Below, piece after piece: positions 11,500 to 22,989 of a stretch of 64,000 bases of DNA; the stretch's first letter is position 1; every line of letters starts with the position of its first letter. The notes beneath the pieces are model-generated. The model was given only the letters and a program-made list of their open reading frames with translations. It was not told the DNA's origin and did not search any database. Position numbers and translations under genes: made by a program. The stretch is from Amphiscolops sp. MND2022 (Eukaryota): the NCBI GenBank assembly GCA_964187785.1, contig OZ076415.1, positions 13,454,001-13,518,000 on the forward strand, given 5' to 3'.

Positions 11500-12963
11500 A
11501 CTGAAAGCAATGTGTCACGTGTTTTGTATTCTGTATTAGTTTGTGTCTTTTATCTGTTGTTGTACTGGTATGGTGTTTTGTTGAAAGATGTTAGGCGGAG
11601 AGTAGTATGAAGAAAACAAACCTGAAAAAGGAATGAATGATCCAAAAGATTCTCAACTTGGAAAGTCAATTTGAGATCAGAACCAATCTTATATTTCCTA
11701 ATTTGGATTCACGGTGACATTTAGAAAGGAGTGAAGATATGAAGAAAGTGCAGTGAAGGGTGAAAAAAGAGGGGTTAAAGAAAGGGCAGGAGAAAGAGTT
11801 AATACTCTTTGGTTGAATACTCTGGTTGAATAGAAGTTGGAGGGGGAACATGAGAAAGCTCAGGCGTTGCGGAAAATGGAGGGATTAGTTTAGACGAGGC
11901 TTTGTAGATTTCTTCAGGAAAATTAGTAGTAGCTGGAAAATACTTATCTTGTTTCTTCAAACGAAAGAGGAGAGTTTTTCAATAACAAAGTTCGGTTGAG
12001 CAGTAGAAAATTGTTCATGTACAAGTGAGGTGCATGAAGAGCGCGTGTGGTCATCAAGATGTGTTTCAACAAGTTCATTCATTTTGGAGTTAGGAACACT
12101 ATTAGGAATTTGAAAAGTAGGAAGGAGAAAACCATCGTTTGAATAAAGAACGAACTGAAGGCGAAGTCAATGGTGATAGGGCGCAAGTATTTAAATCTGT
12201 TTAACAAGGTAATGAGTAAGGATTATTCCGATGGTTGGTGTAGAGGTGGTGTGAAGAGTAATGAGAGTGGTAGGAGAAAGGCGAAGTGAATTTGTGGTTT
12301 TGAAAGATATAATTTTGAGGATGTTTTTGTTCGAGGATAGGTTGATTAGTTTAACGATGAAGTTTCTTGAGTGAACGAGCGGTTGTGATGCCGTTCGGGT
12401 TTGTATAAAGACCATGTTGATGTGGTATTAAAAACGTTGAAGTGAAATTGGAAGAAACGCATTCGTTTTTGTTGCCAGAAGGAGAGTTGTTCTACTTTCT
12501 CAGATGCATTGGCGACAAAAAGATCAAATTTACGGTCTTGGTGGAAACGGAATATTTAGGTAGCAGGAGTCATATAAAGAGAAGGAAGATTAGCTCTAAA
12601 ATTGAGATGAGTGCGTAGAAGTTTCTCAGTCATTGTATTAGGTTGGGAGGGTTTTTTACAAAGAAGTAGAGTAGGAGTATTATTACCAGAACAAATGAAG
12701 GCAGGGTCTTCGAGAAAATAGTATTTTTTCTTTTGAGGAAAACTATAGGTACAATTATCAAAAGCAACTCGAGGATTAGTAGGCGGAGGAGTAGGAGTCT
12801 TAAGGGTTGAAGAGAGAGGTTGATTATAATAAGTAGAAACACTTGAATATGGATTGGAGGAACATGATTGAATGATAGGAAGTGTTGGTTCAGGAGTTGA
12901 ATCAGAAGTGATAGGAGCTGGTTCAAGTACCTGGGTTTGGAGTTCAATCCTGCCTGATTTCAA
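11500..12963 (-). pseudogene. Unknown accessory ORF remnant downstream of env in element B
   Basis: Long, nearly open frame: RVAFDNCTYSFPQKKKYYFLEDPAFICSG...LRTHLNFRANLPSLYMTPAT*IFRFHQDRKFDLFVANASEKVEQLSFWQQKRMRFFQFHFNVFNTTSTWSLY, and later LRLQFVLYSNDGFLLPTFQIPNS...HLDDHTRSSCTSLVHEQF. No family recognised. Confidence 0.5.
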
Positions 12964-15900
12964 TGCGAGACAATATTGCCTGAATTCAATGCGAGAGGTG
13001 GAGACAGAGACGGGATGTCAGAAAGAAGTTCACCATGGTAAAGGAGAAGTCATTTTTAGAGGTTTCTTTCGAAAGATGATTTGCGTTAAAATTTGAAGAT
13101 ATACTAGTGTAGAGTACAGGAAATGTGCAGTTTGATGACAGATTATACAATTGAGAGTGAGAATGCGGTAGAAACTGTTAAAACTGTTTCAGTTGATGAA
13201 TGATTATATAAGTGAAAAGATAGATGAAAATGCGTACTATTTTGACTCGAAAATTCTTGATTCTTTGAAGAGCAAAATAGAGGAAGAGAAAGCATCGTTA
13301 CTCAATGGGATGCAGCGAAAAGTGACCAAAAGTATTGAACAGAGAGGTGGTTATTTTGTTGAGGTGGAAAGCACAAGAAGAAAAAATTATGAGAGGGCTT
13401 TTAGGTTGGTTAAAGATACTATTGACAGAAATTGATGGGAAGTCATCAAACTTCGTTGGTGGTTGCGTAGGCGGAGAAATTTTGGTTGAGCCACAGTTTT
13501 GTTTACTGGGGAATTATTAGAGGAGGTGTCAAAAATGGTGTTTTCAGGAGAAGTAGAACAATGTAATTATGGGGGTGATGTCATTGGGGGTGACTTCAAA
13601 TTATAGTAAGGAAGAGGAAAAGAATTAGAAGATTATCGAGAGAAATAGAGATTAAAGGCAGAGATCTTAGCTAGGGATTTAAATTTTAACCGTTCATTAT
13701 CTTAGTTTTAAAACTAGGGTTTTAGTCGGATTTGTATTTTTCAAAAAAAAAGTATTATTAGTAGGTTTGAAGAAAGAGGTGGAGGTGATTCTGAATCATT
13801 ATCGTCAAAATCGGAACTGTCTCCTAGCTGTCAACATGGTTTTTGTTTCGGTTCCAAAAAAAACAACCTAATGCCGAAAATTTGTCTTTTAGGAAATCTT
13901 TTAACAGTAAAAGAGCAATGTAATTTGAAGAGGGCATTGAAAGCGAATTGTAAAAAAAGCAAAGGCAAAAATATTCCACAATGAGCTAAAATACAACAGG
14001 GCTAATCAAAAATTTAATGAAAGCTTCAGTGAACCATTCAGGGGTGAAAAAAGAAAGTTGGGTTTAACATTTAATGTGAAGCCCAAGTCGAAGAGATTCA
14101 GGAAGAATATCAAAAAGGTGTTCAGATGATTGTAAAATCATAACTTCATAACTAATAGCTTTTCCAAAGAGTTGGAGTGTATTATCAGAATGTTTTGAAA
14201 AAAACGCATTTCCAAAATTGTTTTACTTCTTTTTGAGAATGAACACCTGCTTCTTGGACGGTAAAGGAGCTAGGGCAGTTTGAATTTGAGTAGGTTCAAA
14301 AATTAGTAGTAGCTGGAAAATATTTATCTTGTTTCTTCAAACGAAAGAGGAGAGTTTTTCAATAACAAAGTTCGGTTGAGCAGTAGAAAATTGTTCATGT
14401 ACAAGTGAGGTGCATGAAGAGCGCGTGTGGTCATCAAGATGTGTTTCAACAAGTTCATTCATTTTGGAATTAGGAACACTATTAGGAATTTGAAAAGTAG
14501 GAAGGAGAAAACCATCGTTTGAATAAAGAACGAACTGAAGGCGAAGTCAATGGTGATAGGGCGCAAGTATTTAAATCTGTTTAACAAGGTAATGAGTAAG
14601 GATTATTCCGATGGTTGGTGTAGAGGTGGTGTGAAGAGTAATGAGAGTGGTAGGAGAAAGGCGAAGTGAATTTGTGGTTTTGAAAGATATAATTTTATTT
14701 TTACCAGTATATCTGGAGTATTATTACCAGAACAAATGAAGGCAGGGTCTTCGAGAAAATAGTATTTTTTCTTTTGAGGAAAACTATAGGTACAAATATC
14801 AAAAGCAACTCGAGGATTAGTAGGCGGAGGAGTAGGAGTCTTAAGGGTTGAAGAGAGAGGTTGATTATAATAAGTAGAAACACTTGAATATGGATTGAAG
14901 GAACATGATTGAATGATAGGAAGTGTTGGTTCAGGAGTTGAATCAGAAGTGATAGGAGCTGGTTCAAGTACCTGGGTTTGGAGTTCAATCCTGCCTGATT
15001 TCAATGCGAGACAATATTGCCTGAATTCAATGCGAGAGGTGGAGACAGAGACGGGATGTCAGAAAGAAGTTCACCATGGTAAAGGAGAAGTCATTTTTAG
15101 AGGTTTCTTTCGAAAGATGATTTGCGTTAAAATTTGAAGATATACTAGTGTAGAGTATAGGAAATGTGCAGTTTGATGACAGATTATACAATTGAGAGTG
15201 AGAATGCGGTAGAAACTGTTAAAACTGTTTCAGTTGATGAATGATTATATAAGTGAAAAGATAGATGAAAATGCGTACTATTTTGACTCGAAAATTCTTG
15301 ATTCTTTGAAGAGCAAAATAGAGGAAGAGAAAGCATCGTTACTCAATGGGATGCAGCGAAAAGTGACCAAAAGTATTGAACAGAGAGGTGGTTATTTTGT
15401 TGAGGTGGAAAGCACAAGAAGAAAAAATTAAGAGAGGGCTTTTAGGTTGGTTAAAGATACTATTGACAGAAATTGATGGGAAGTCATCAAACTTCGTTGG
15501 TGGTTGCGTAGGCGGAGAAATTTTGGTTGAGCCACAGTTTTGTTTACTGGGGAATTATTAGAGGAGGTGTCAAAAATGGTGTTTTCAGGAGAAGTAGAAC
15601 AATGTAATTATGGGGGTGATGTCATTGGGGGTGACTTCAAATTATAGTAAGGAAGAGGAAAAGAATTAGAAGATTATCGAGAGAAATAGAGGTTAAAGGC
15701 AGAGACCTTAGCTAGGGATTTAAATTTTAACCGTTCATTATCTTAGTTTTAAAACTAGGGTTTTAGTCGGATTTGTATTTTTCAAAAAAAAAGTATTATT
15801 AGTAGGTTTGAAGAAAGAGGTGGAGGTGATTCTGAATCATTATCGTCAAAATCGGAACTGTCTCCTAGCTGTCAACATGGTTTTTGTTTCGGTTCCAAAA

Positions 15901-16345
15901 AAAACAACCTAATGCCGAAAATTTGTCTTTTAGGAAATCTTTTAACAGTAAAAGAGCAATGTAATTTGAAGAGGGCATTGAAAGCGAATTGTAAAAAAAG
16001 CAAAGGCAAAAATATTCCACAATGAGCTAAAATACAACAGGGCTAATCAAAAGTTTAATGAAAGCTTCAGTGAACCATTCAGGGGTGAAAAAAGAAAGTT
16101 GGGTTTAACATTTAATGTGAAGCCCAAGTCGAAGAGATTCAGGAAGAATATCAAAAAGGTGTTCAGATGATTGTAAAATCATAACTTCATAACTAATAGC
16201 TTTTCCAAAGAGTTGGAGTGTATTATCAGAATGTTTTGAAAAAAACGCATTTCCAAAATTGTTTTACTTCTTTTTGAGAATGAACACCTGCTTCTTGGAC
16301 GGTAAAGGAGCTAGGGCAGTTTGAATTTGAGTAGGTTCAAAAAAT
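11919..16345. repeat. Tandem duplication inside element B (2380-bp unit followed by a 2041-bp unit)
   Basis: 11921 matches 14301 (offset 2380) and 12674 matches 14715 (offset 2041). The second copy lacks 12317-12673. About 9 substitutions seen by eye. Confidence 0.97.
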
Positions 16346-17860
16346 TGAGGAGTCACTTTTAACTAGGATATGGAGTTGAAACATAATTTCGATCGGTATC
16401 AGGATGAAGTTGGAGCAAAGACATTTTGAGGATTATTTTCACAAGGCATTTGGTTAGCATCATCAAACGTTTTGGCGAGTATTAGGATCAACATACATGA
16501 CAGTTTCCAGATAGTTTACAGGCAGTTTATCGTAAAATTTGTTCAACTATATAAAAAGGAGAAAGATGGTCTGGTCAGTCATAGAGCCAGGCGGTGGAGC
16601 CTTCAATATATTAAAAGTTCCTTCGATTTTGTGTGTGAGGAAAACCAGCTGATTGTGGATTTTTACCGGACATTGCAAGAATAGTTCGGAACTGAGCGCG
16701 TCCAACTTCACAAATACTGTGGAGGATGTTAGCTTCAGCAACTGCCATTGTTTTGAAAACATAAATAAGGGAGTATTAGATATTAGTATTGATGTGGGCT
16801 TCATAATCATTATTAGCGGAATTAATGGAAAGTTTCAACGCAGGAAAGAGGGGTTTATTTTGAGTTTGCACTAAATTACCAGAGATTAATTGAGTAGAGT
16901 GGCGGTCATAATGTTCATTTGAATGTAGTTGAAGATGATGACGTTGACCAGTGTGCAATATTGAGTAGTATACATAGGTGTAGGTTTATTACAAAAAATA
17001 TTTTCGGGGACAAACTCAAAACAAGAAAGACAAGTTAGCGAAATTGAGTCACGATAAGGAGTCTCAAAAGGATTATTTGAGAAAATGTTTTCAAAGAAGT
17101 GTTGAGTTTAAAGTGTTCAGGAAACCAAACATTGGTGAAGGATGTTATTGTAATATCTTTATCATCATATGTGATTTCGATTCCTTCAACATATGAGGAC
17201 CAACTGTCTTTTTCATTTATATGTTCATTGCGGTTCCAACACACAGCTTTTTCGGTAAGAGTTGCGTTTAAAACAAGTTGAGAGTTTGTTATACAAGCAA
17301 ACACACCAAAATGAAAGATGTTAAATTTAGTTATACGAAAAGGAGGTGGTTTTTTTTGAACATCATAGGGGTACTGTAACCAAAAGCATTAACTTGGGTT
17401 TTTTTAGTTTGTTTACATACCGTAGGATCTAGAGTAAGAGGACGTTCCTTGGTGTTTTGATGATAATCAGTACGATCATGACGACGATAGTTGTAATCGA
17501 ATTCTGCACATACAAATTCTTCACATTTAACATATGCTTCTCAGTTCCAGGCTTTAAGACATTTAGCTTGAGCACAGCCAAAGACATTAGAGATAGCACG
17601 AGTGATTTTTAAAGAAGAAGGAGCTTGAGCACAGATTTTCTGGGAAAAGTTGACAAGTTTAAAATTTGCATGTATAACACAAGTACTCAGTGGAAGGTGT
17701 TTCAAGTTTTGAATGAATAGTTTCAAAGTGAAGTTTGAGTTAAAGAGGAGATCCAGAGGTGGGAGAATTTAAAGTGGGAGAATCCGCAAAGCGTGGAAAA
17801 ATATTTTGGAAAAGGAATAGACTTAGAAGATTAGCAAGGTAAAGTGTTAAAAGAAGAAGC
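15800..17860 (-). pseudogene. env: env-like membrane glycoprotein remnant (candidate class III fusion protein)
   Basis: Hydrophobic N-terminal leader (~17800-17870); Cys-rich ectodomain fragments; NAT sequon; HSICEVGRAQFRTILAMSGKNPQSAGF; YDKLPVNYLETVMYVDPNTRQ; C-terminal hydrophobic segment CGIFLPLLFLQFAFNALFKL (~15960-16020). Directly downstream of INT. Confidence 0.75.
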
Positions 17861-18199
17861 ATGATCGATAGAATTTTGGAACATTTCTTAATCTGAATCA
17901 AAAGAGTCAAAAGTGATATCTTGGGAGTCATAGTTAATATCAAAATCAGGGCGGTTGTGATATTGAGTAGATGAGGGGGAAATACTTTGGTATTGTGAAA
18001 AAACTTCAAATGAAAAGTTTGAATTGAAAGGGTCAAGTAGTTTGTTTTGATTAAAGTCAAAAATTTGGGACAGGTTATCTTGGTGAGAATCAGTATCAGG
18101 ATTGTTAAGAAGTGATGAAGTGGGGTGGTATTGACGTGATGGAGAGGAGTGATATTGGCGAATATAAGGAAAAAGACCACGTGCATTGGGGTAATAACA

Positions 18200-19300
18200 T
18201 AAAATCTGATTACGATTAGTGCTTACGATGAGAAGTGGAACCATATTGGGCCATAACTTCATATGTGACATCCGATGGATTTTGGAAATTTTTATAGAGT
18301 CCAATACTGAGAAGTTAGAGTTTAATATTGGAAAATTTGGCAGGTGTAAAATTTGCATGTATAAGACAAGTATTCAGTGGAAGTTGTTTTAAATGAAGAA
18401 GTTTCAGAAGTAAGTTTTGAGAATTCAAATTATTAGTTAAATGACCATTCACAGTAGAGTATATCTCTACCATTGCATGTTCAGCAGATAAAAGCCAAGG
18501 AGATAGGAGTTTAGTAAGGAGCGAATTGGAAAAAGATTAAGATCACTGTCACTAAAACGAATCAGTGGTGCAAGAGAATCACGATAAATAGTAATACACT
18601 GTTTGGAAGCGTTACGTATTAAATTTTTAAAAAGGTTGAAGAAATGCTTGGGTGTGTAAGAAAAACACTTTGGTTGGAAGAGAGTTTAAGTTGTGAAAGA
18701 GGAGTGGTGTCATGAGCATAAGCATACGTTTGAATTTGGAAGGACAAGGTTGTAAGAGGATTTTGAAAAAATAGGATATAAGTTCCGAGATTACGATTGA
18801 GGACTTCAACTAAACCTTTTGTCCAGGAGAAATATGGAGTACGTGCGTTGTGATCAATTTTAAGGAGCCATATCTTGATTGATATATTCAGTACCTCGAT
18901 CGGTTATTAAATATGAACTTGGTCCAAATTTTTGCAATCCAGTGATGAAGGAGTGTTTGAAGAACATGTTCAGAGGAGTTTTGGGGAGTTGGATTTGTGA
19001 CTAAAGGCATCAATAATGAAAGATATATAGGAGTGTTTTTGAGAAAAAGGCAAGGCAGGGCATTTTCTGTCCATTAAGATTCTATAATTGAAGTTAAAAG
19101 CGTTCTAACGAATTGATACAGGAGAAAAATGATGAGGTTTAACCGGAAAGTTTTTGTTGCTTTGGCATTTAACTCAATTGTGTATTACAATGGAAAACAA
19201 TAATGGCAAGTGTGGGATGTTAGGGATGTAATTAGGTTGGTTGAAAGTTCGAATAGAAAGGTTTTAAACGGAACGACCGTGTGAAAGGGTTTTATCAGAA
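18200..19300 (-). pseudogene. pol: Integrase remnant of element B
   Basis: IHN*VKCQSNK zinc finger, IIDAFSH, TDRGTEY (DRG at 18893-18901), KGLVEVLNRNLGT, decayed GPY/F region (LLSIGLYKNF...DVTYEVM). Confidence 0.85.
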
Positions 19301-20049
19301 GCAGCATAAAACGTTTGAATTGAGGACAGATGCAAGTTTGGTTGTCAAAAAATTGAGATTTGATGAGAAGAGTTCAAGTATTGTACAATTGGGTGTATAA
19401 AATTGGAATAAATTAGACTTCGGATCGATTAAATAATTGTTGAAGGTGTTTGTAAAAAGTCTTTAAGAAGGCGTTGGCCTCAATATTGAGAGTGAGGTTA
19501 AAAAGTTTTCGCTTTCGTTTTAAACATATATAAGTAGTCGAGAGAACAAGGCCATCCTTTTGAGCTCGTAGGCGCATGATTAAGAAAGTATAATCAAGAG
19601 AATAAAAATCAAAAGCTTTGTAATGAGCCAAAAATGGATGTTTCAAAAACTGCAGAGATTGCGTAGATGTGGACTTAATGGGACTTTGAGTTATAGCATT
19701 AGTTATAGACTATAGTTATAGTGTCAGGACTTCGAACGGTGGAACTTGTTAAATTGGTTGGTATACCATTTGAAAGAAAGGGATCATTAAATTGTTGATG
19801 GTCAATTTCAAAACAAACGAAGTGTATTTATAGTAGATGGAATTTGACGTTGGTTGTGTGTTCAATGTGGAATTCTTTTTGTAACAGGGTCTTCATCTAC
19901 ATGTAAGTCTGTTTCATTTAGGGGTGGACATTGTTGAAGCAATGTTTCGACTTTGTTTTTGATAGATTTCTTATATTTGTTTAAAAAGAATGACACAGAT
20001 GGGAATGAAAAGAAGTCAAGTGTGTATGTGTAACAGTATTACCATTATC

Positions 20050-21700
20050 TTGAATTCGAAATGTAAATTGAACATCACCATAGTCTTCAAAAAATGGGTG
20101 AGAATGCGGGTGAAAGAATGCGAGATTGTTTTTGTGCGGGTAAAACATCTTCATGTTTGACTCTAAAGTGAACTTGTTTTAAAGAATCCTTTGATTTGAA
20201 ATGGAAAAGGTCAATATGTGTTGGTAGTGTTTCATGTTGTAGTTGACACATTTTATTTCTTATTAGGGAAAATTCTCGACTAAGCATATCAGCAACAGTG
20301 AGATTGGTACCTGCAGTGTGAATAGTTTGAAGATTCAATACGAAGATAGGATACGAAGATAAGAGAATTTGATTTAAAATGTTTGAGGTTTGTGAAGGTG
20401 CCTTTACGAGTGAAAAGAAACAAATCGGACTGTGATTAGTAAAACGGGTGATTGGATATGCAGAACCAAGAATGATATATTCATTTTGAGAAAGTGAAAA
20501 ATTATAGCACAAACTTCTTGACCATAAGTAGAAATTTTTTGTGTTTGAGTTGTTAAAAAACGGGAGTTAAAGAAACAACTTGCATCAGAGTTAGGCTGAA
20601 ATAGTTTTGCAGCTAAACCAATAAGGGAGGCGTCAACGGTAAAATATAAAGAATGAGTATTGTTAGGAATTGCAAGTTCAACATCTTTGAAGAGAGACAG
20701 GTTCTAATTTCGTTAAAGAGTTTGTCTAATTCAGGAGTCCATACAAAAGAGATCTCAGCGTGGGGCTGAGTGTAAAAAGGCTTAGGAGAAATGCGGAGTT
20801 TATTGATAAATTTAGAATGAAAATTCCTTGGACCAAGAACTTGCATTAGTTCTGTTTTAAGAGTGGGAGTTTTCAGTTTGTGGATACCATCGACTTTGGA
20901 GGAGACTGGTTTAATGGTGGTATTTCCGATTTCATGAGCTAGAATCTTAACAGTTCGGAGGGTAAAAAAAATTTCTCAGGAACAATTCAATATTATTAGG
21001 AAGTCATCTTTGGTGTAATTGTTCAATGAGTTCGAGCATTTGATGTTTTGTAAAAACTAAGAGACGAAAGAAAATTGTAAAATAAACTGCAAAACCTTTA
21101 TGGATGAGTTTGTCGAAAAAAGGAGAAAATTTGTTTAGTGCAGAGATTCTTTTTTAGGTCAGAAAACCACGAAAAGAAAGCGTAGAGTTTATCTCCAGCG
21201 GAGAAACTTGTGAGAAGAAGTGTTTCTTCTTCTAACTTGTGAGAAACTTGTGAGAATAAAAGTTTCTTCATCTAAAGAGCATGTGCAAATCATACATAGG
21301 GTTAATGCAGATTTGAATTTTTTAGCTCTTTCCAGTTGTGAAGCTGAAGGTTCAATAGGCCACGATCCAAAGGCCTGATCCGTGTTAGAGTTTAAGTGTC
21401 TGGCGTCAAGGACAATTTTACTAGTATCTCCCTTAAGGATAATAGTTAGTGGGTTTAAAAATGTAGAACAGTGAATGGATTTATCAGAGGTTGCAGAACC
21501 AATTATATTATGGTATTCTAGTTCAAAAAGCATTTTTTTACGTTCTTCCTTGTAATAAACAGGAACTTTAGTTTGTATTTGAGGTTGAAGTTCAGCATTG
21601 GGTTTAAGACAAAGTCTAGATTGTGTAGCCTTTTTTCCAACATCATTACGACGAGTTGCATAGCAGTGTTGATATTTAACCAAAACAGTGCAAAGTTGTA
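20050..21700 (-). pseudogene. pol: RT-RNaseH remnant of element B
   Basis: ORF 21189-21683 (FLNPLTIILKGDTSKIVLDARHLNSNTDQ...WPIEP); FINKLRISPKPFY; EYIILGSAYPITRFTNHSP. YxDD lost. Confidence 0.88.
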
Positions 21701-22245
21701 TTTATTCATCCTCAGTGACATCAGAGTATTAGAATTCATATTTATTAGGAACTTGTTGCGTTTCTGGTGAATACGGTAAACGAAAAATGGGTCAATTTAT
21801 AGTTTGAGGCGCTAATAATCTCCTTATCAGTTTGGGGGATGGCGGAACGACAAACAGGAGCCTAGGGTTCTGATAGATCTGGGTATTATGAATGAAATAT
21901 AGTGTGAATATATGTGTTAACATCGCTAATCTTATAGTGTAATGGATTATATTTAATAGCAGGGAGTTCGATGAAGCCTATATATCCCGGTGAGAGGAGT
22001 GCACAGTAATGGGTTTTGTCTTGAATTTTAACAGAGCAGCTGTGTTTGGATCGGGTTTGGTATTCTGATAATTTTGGAGAAAGTTCAGAGCAGACTGGAA
22101 ACGTGTGTTAGAATATGGATGAGGAAATTTTGGATGAGTAAAATGTTTTCAGAAATTTTAAACGTGAAAAGAAGAGAGTTGGTTGGATTGAGGATTGGAA
22201 GATGGATAACTTGATAGGCGTTCGGTGTAAAAAAAGTTTTTTTAA

Positions 22246-22479
22246 ATATATANNNNNNNNNNNNNNNNNNNNNNNNNNNNNNNNNNNNNNNNNNNNNNNN
22301 NNNNNNNNNNNNNNNNNNNNNNNNNNNNNNNNNNNNNNNNNNNNNNNNNNNNNNNNNNNNNNNNNNNNNNNNNNNNNNNNNNNNNNNNNNNNNNNNNNNN
22401 NNNNNNNNNNNNNNNNNNNNNNNNNNNNNNNNNNNNNNNNNNNNNNNNNNNNATATATATATATATATATGTATATATA

Positions 22480-22521
<42 letters not shown>
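22246..22521. repeat. (TA)n microsatellite containing a 200-N assembly gap (22253-22452)
   Basis: TA repeats on both sides of 200 N. Confidence 0.95.
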
Positions 22522-22524
<3 letters not shown>

Positions 22525-22559
22525 TGATAAATATATGTTTTTATATGGGTAGTCTTATG

Positions 22560-22920
22560 AGAACTATGGGTAATCCTTTTCTTTGCGAGCGGTAAAATGG
22601 TAAAGAAGGTGTGTTAACAGTGTTAACAAGAGATTCGTGGGGTGTATTAGAATTTTACAACATTTCCAAAAAGGTGTTCCAATAATATTGTACTTAACAT
22701 TTGTTTTTGCAAAGTGGATGACAAGAGTCCGAGATTTTCCATGAAAAGAAGTATGTGTTGTATTAGATACAATAAAGAATGTAGGGACTTCAGTTTTATT
22801 GGCAACTAATTTAATGTCATTAATTGTAGGTGTGGGTTTTGATCATTTATGGAACCGGTCTGCTAAGATAGTGAATATGGGTAATTTTAGAACACAGAGA
22901 GAGGCACCACTGTCGAGGAG
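22560..22920 (-). pseudogene. pol: Aspartic protease remnant of element B
   Basis: LLLDSGAS (DSG at 22906-22914), LVANKTEVPT, VKYNIIGTPF. Confidence 0.85.
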
Positions 22921-22989
22921 GAGTAAACGGGCTAATATAGAAGGTAGCGAGGAGTCTTCAGGAGGTGGGAAAATTTATAGGCTTACAAA

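Noticed and set aside
17740-18186. 148-aa hydrophobic ORF as an independent membrane protein
   Set aside because: Mostly an off-frame reading of the INT-env linker. Only its last ~40 codons plausibly belong to the env leader.
22202-22552. 116-aa ORF
   Set aside because: Artefact of the N gap and (TA)n repeat.
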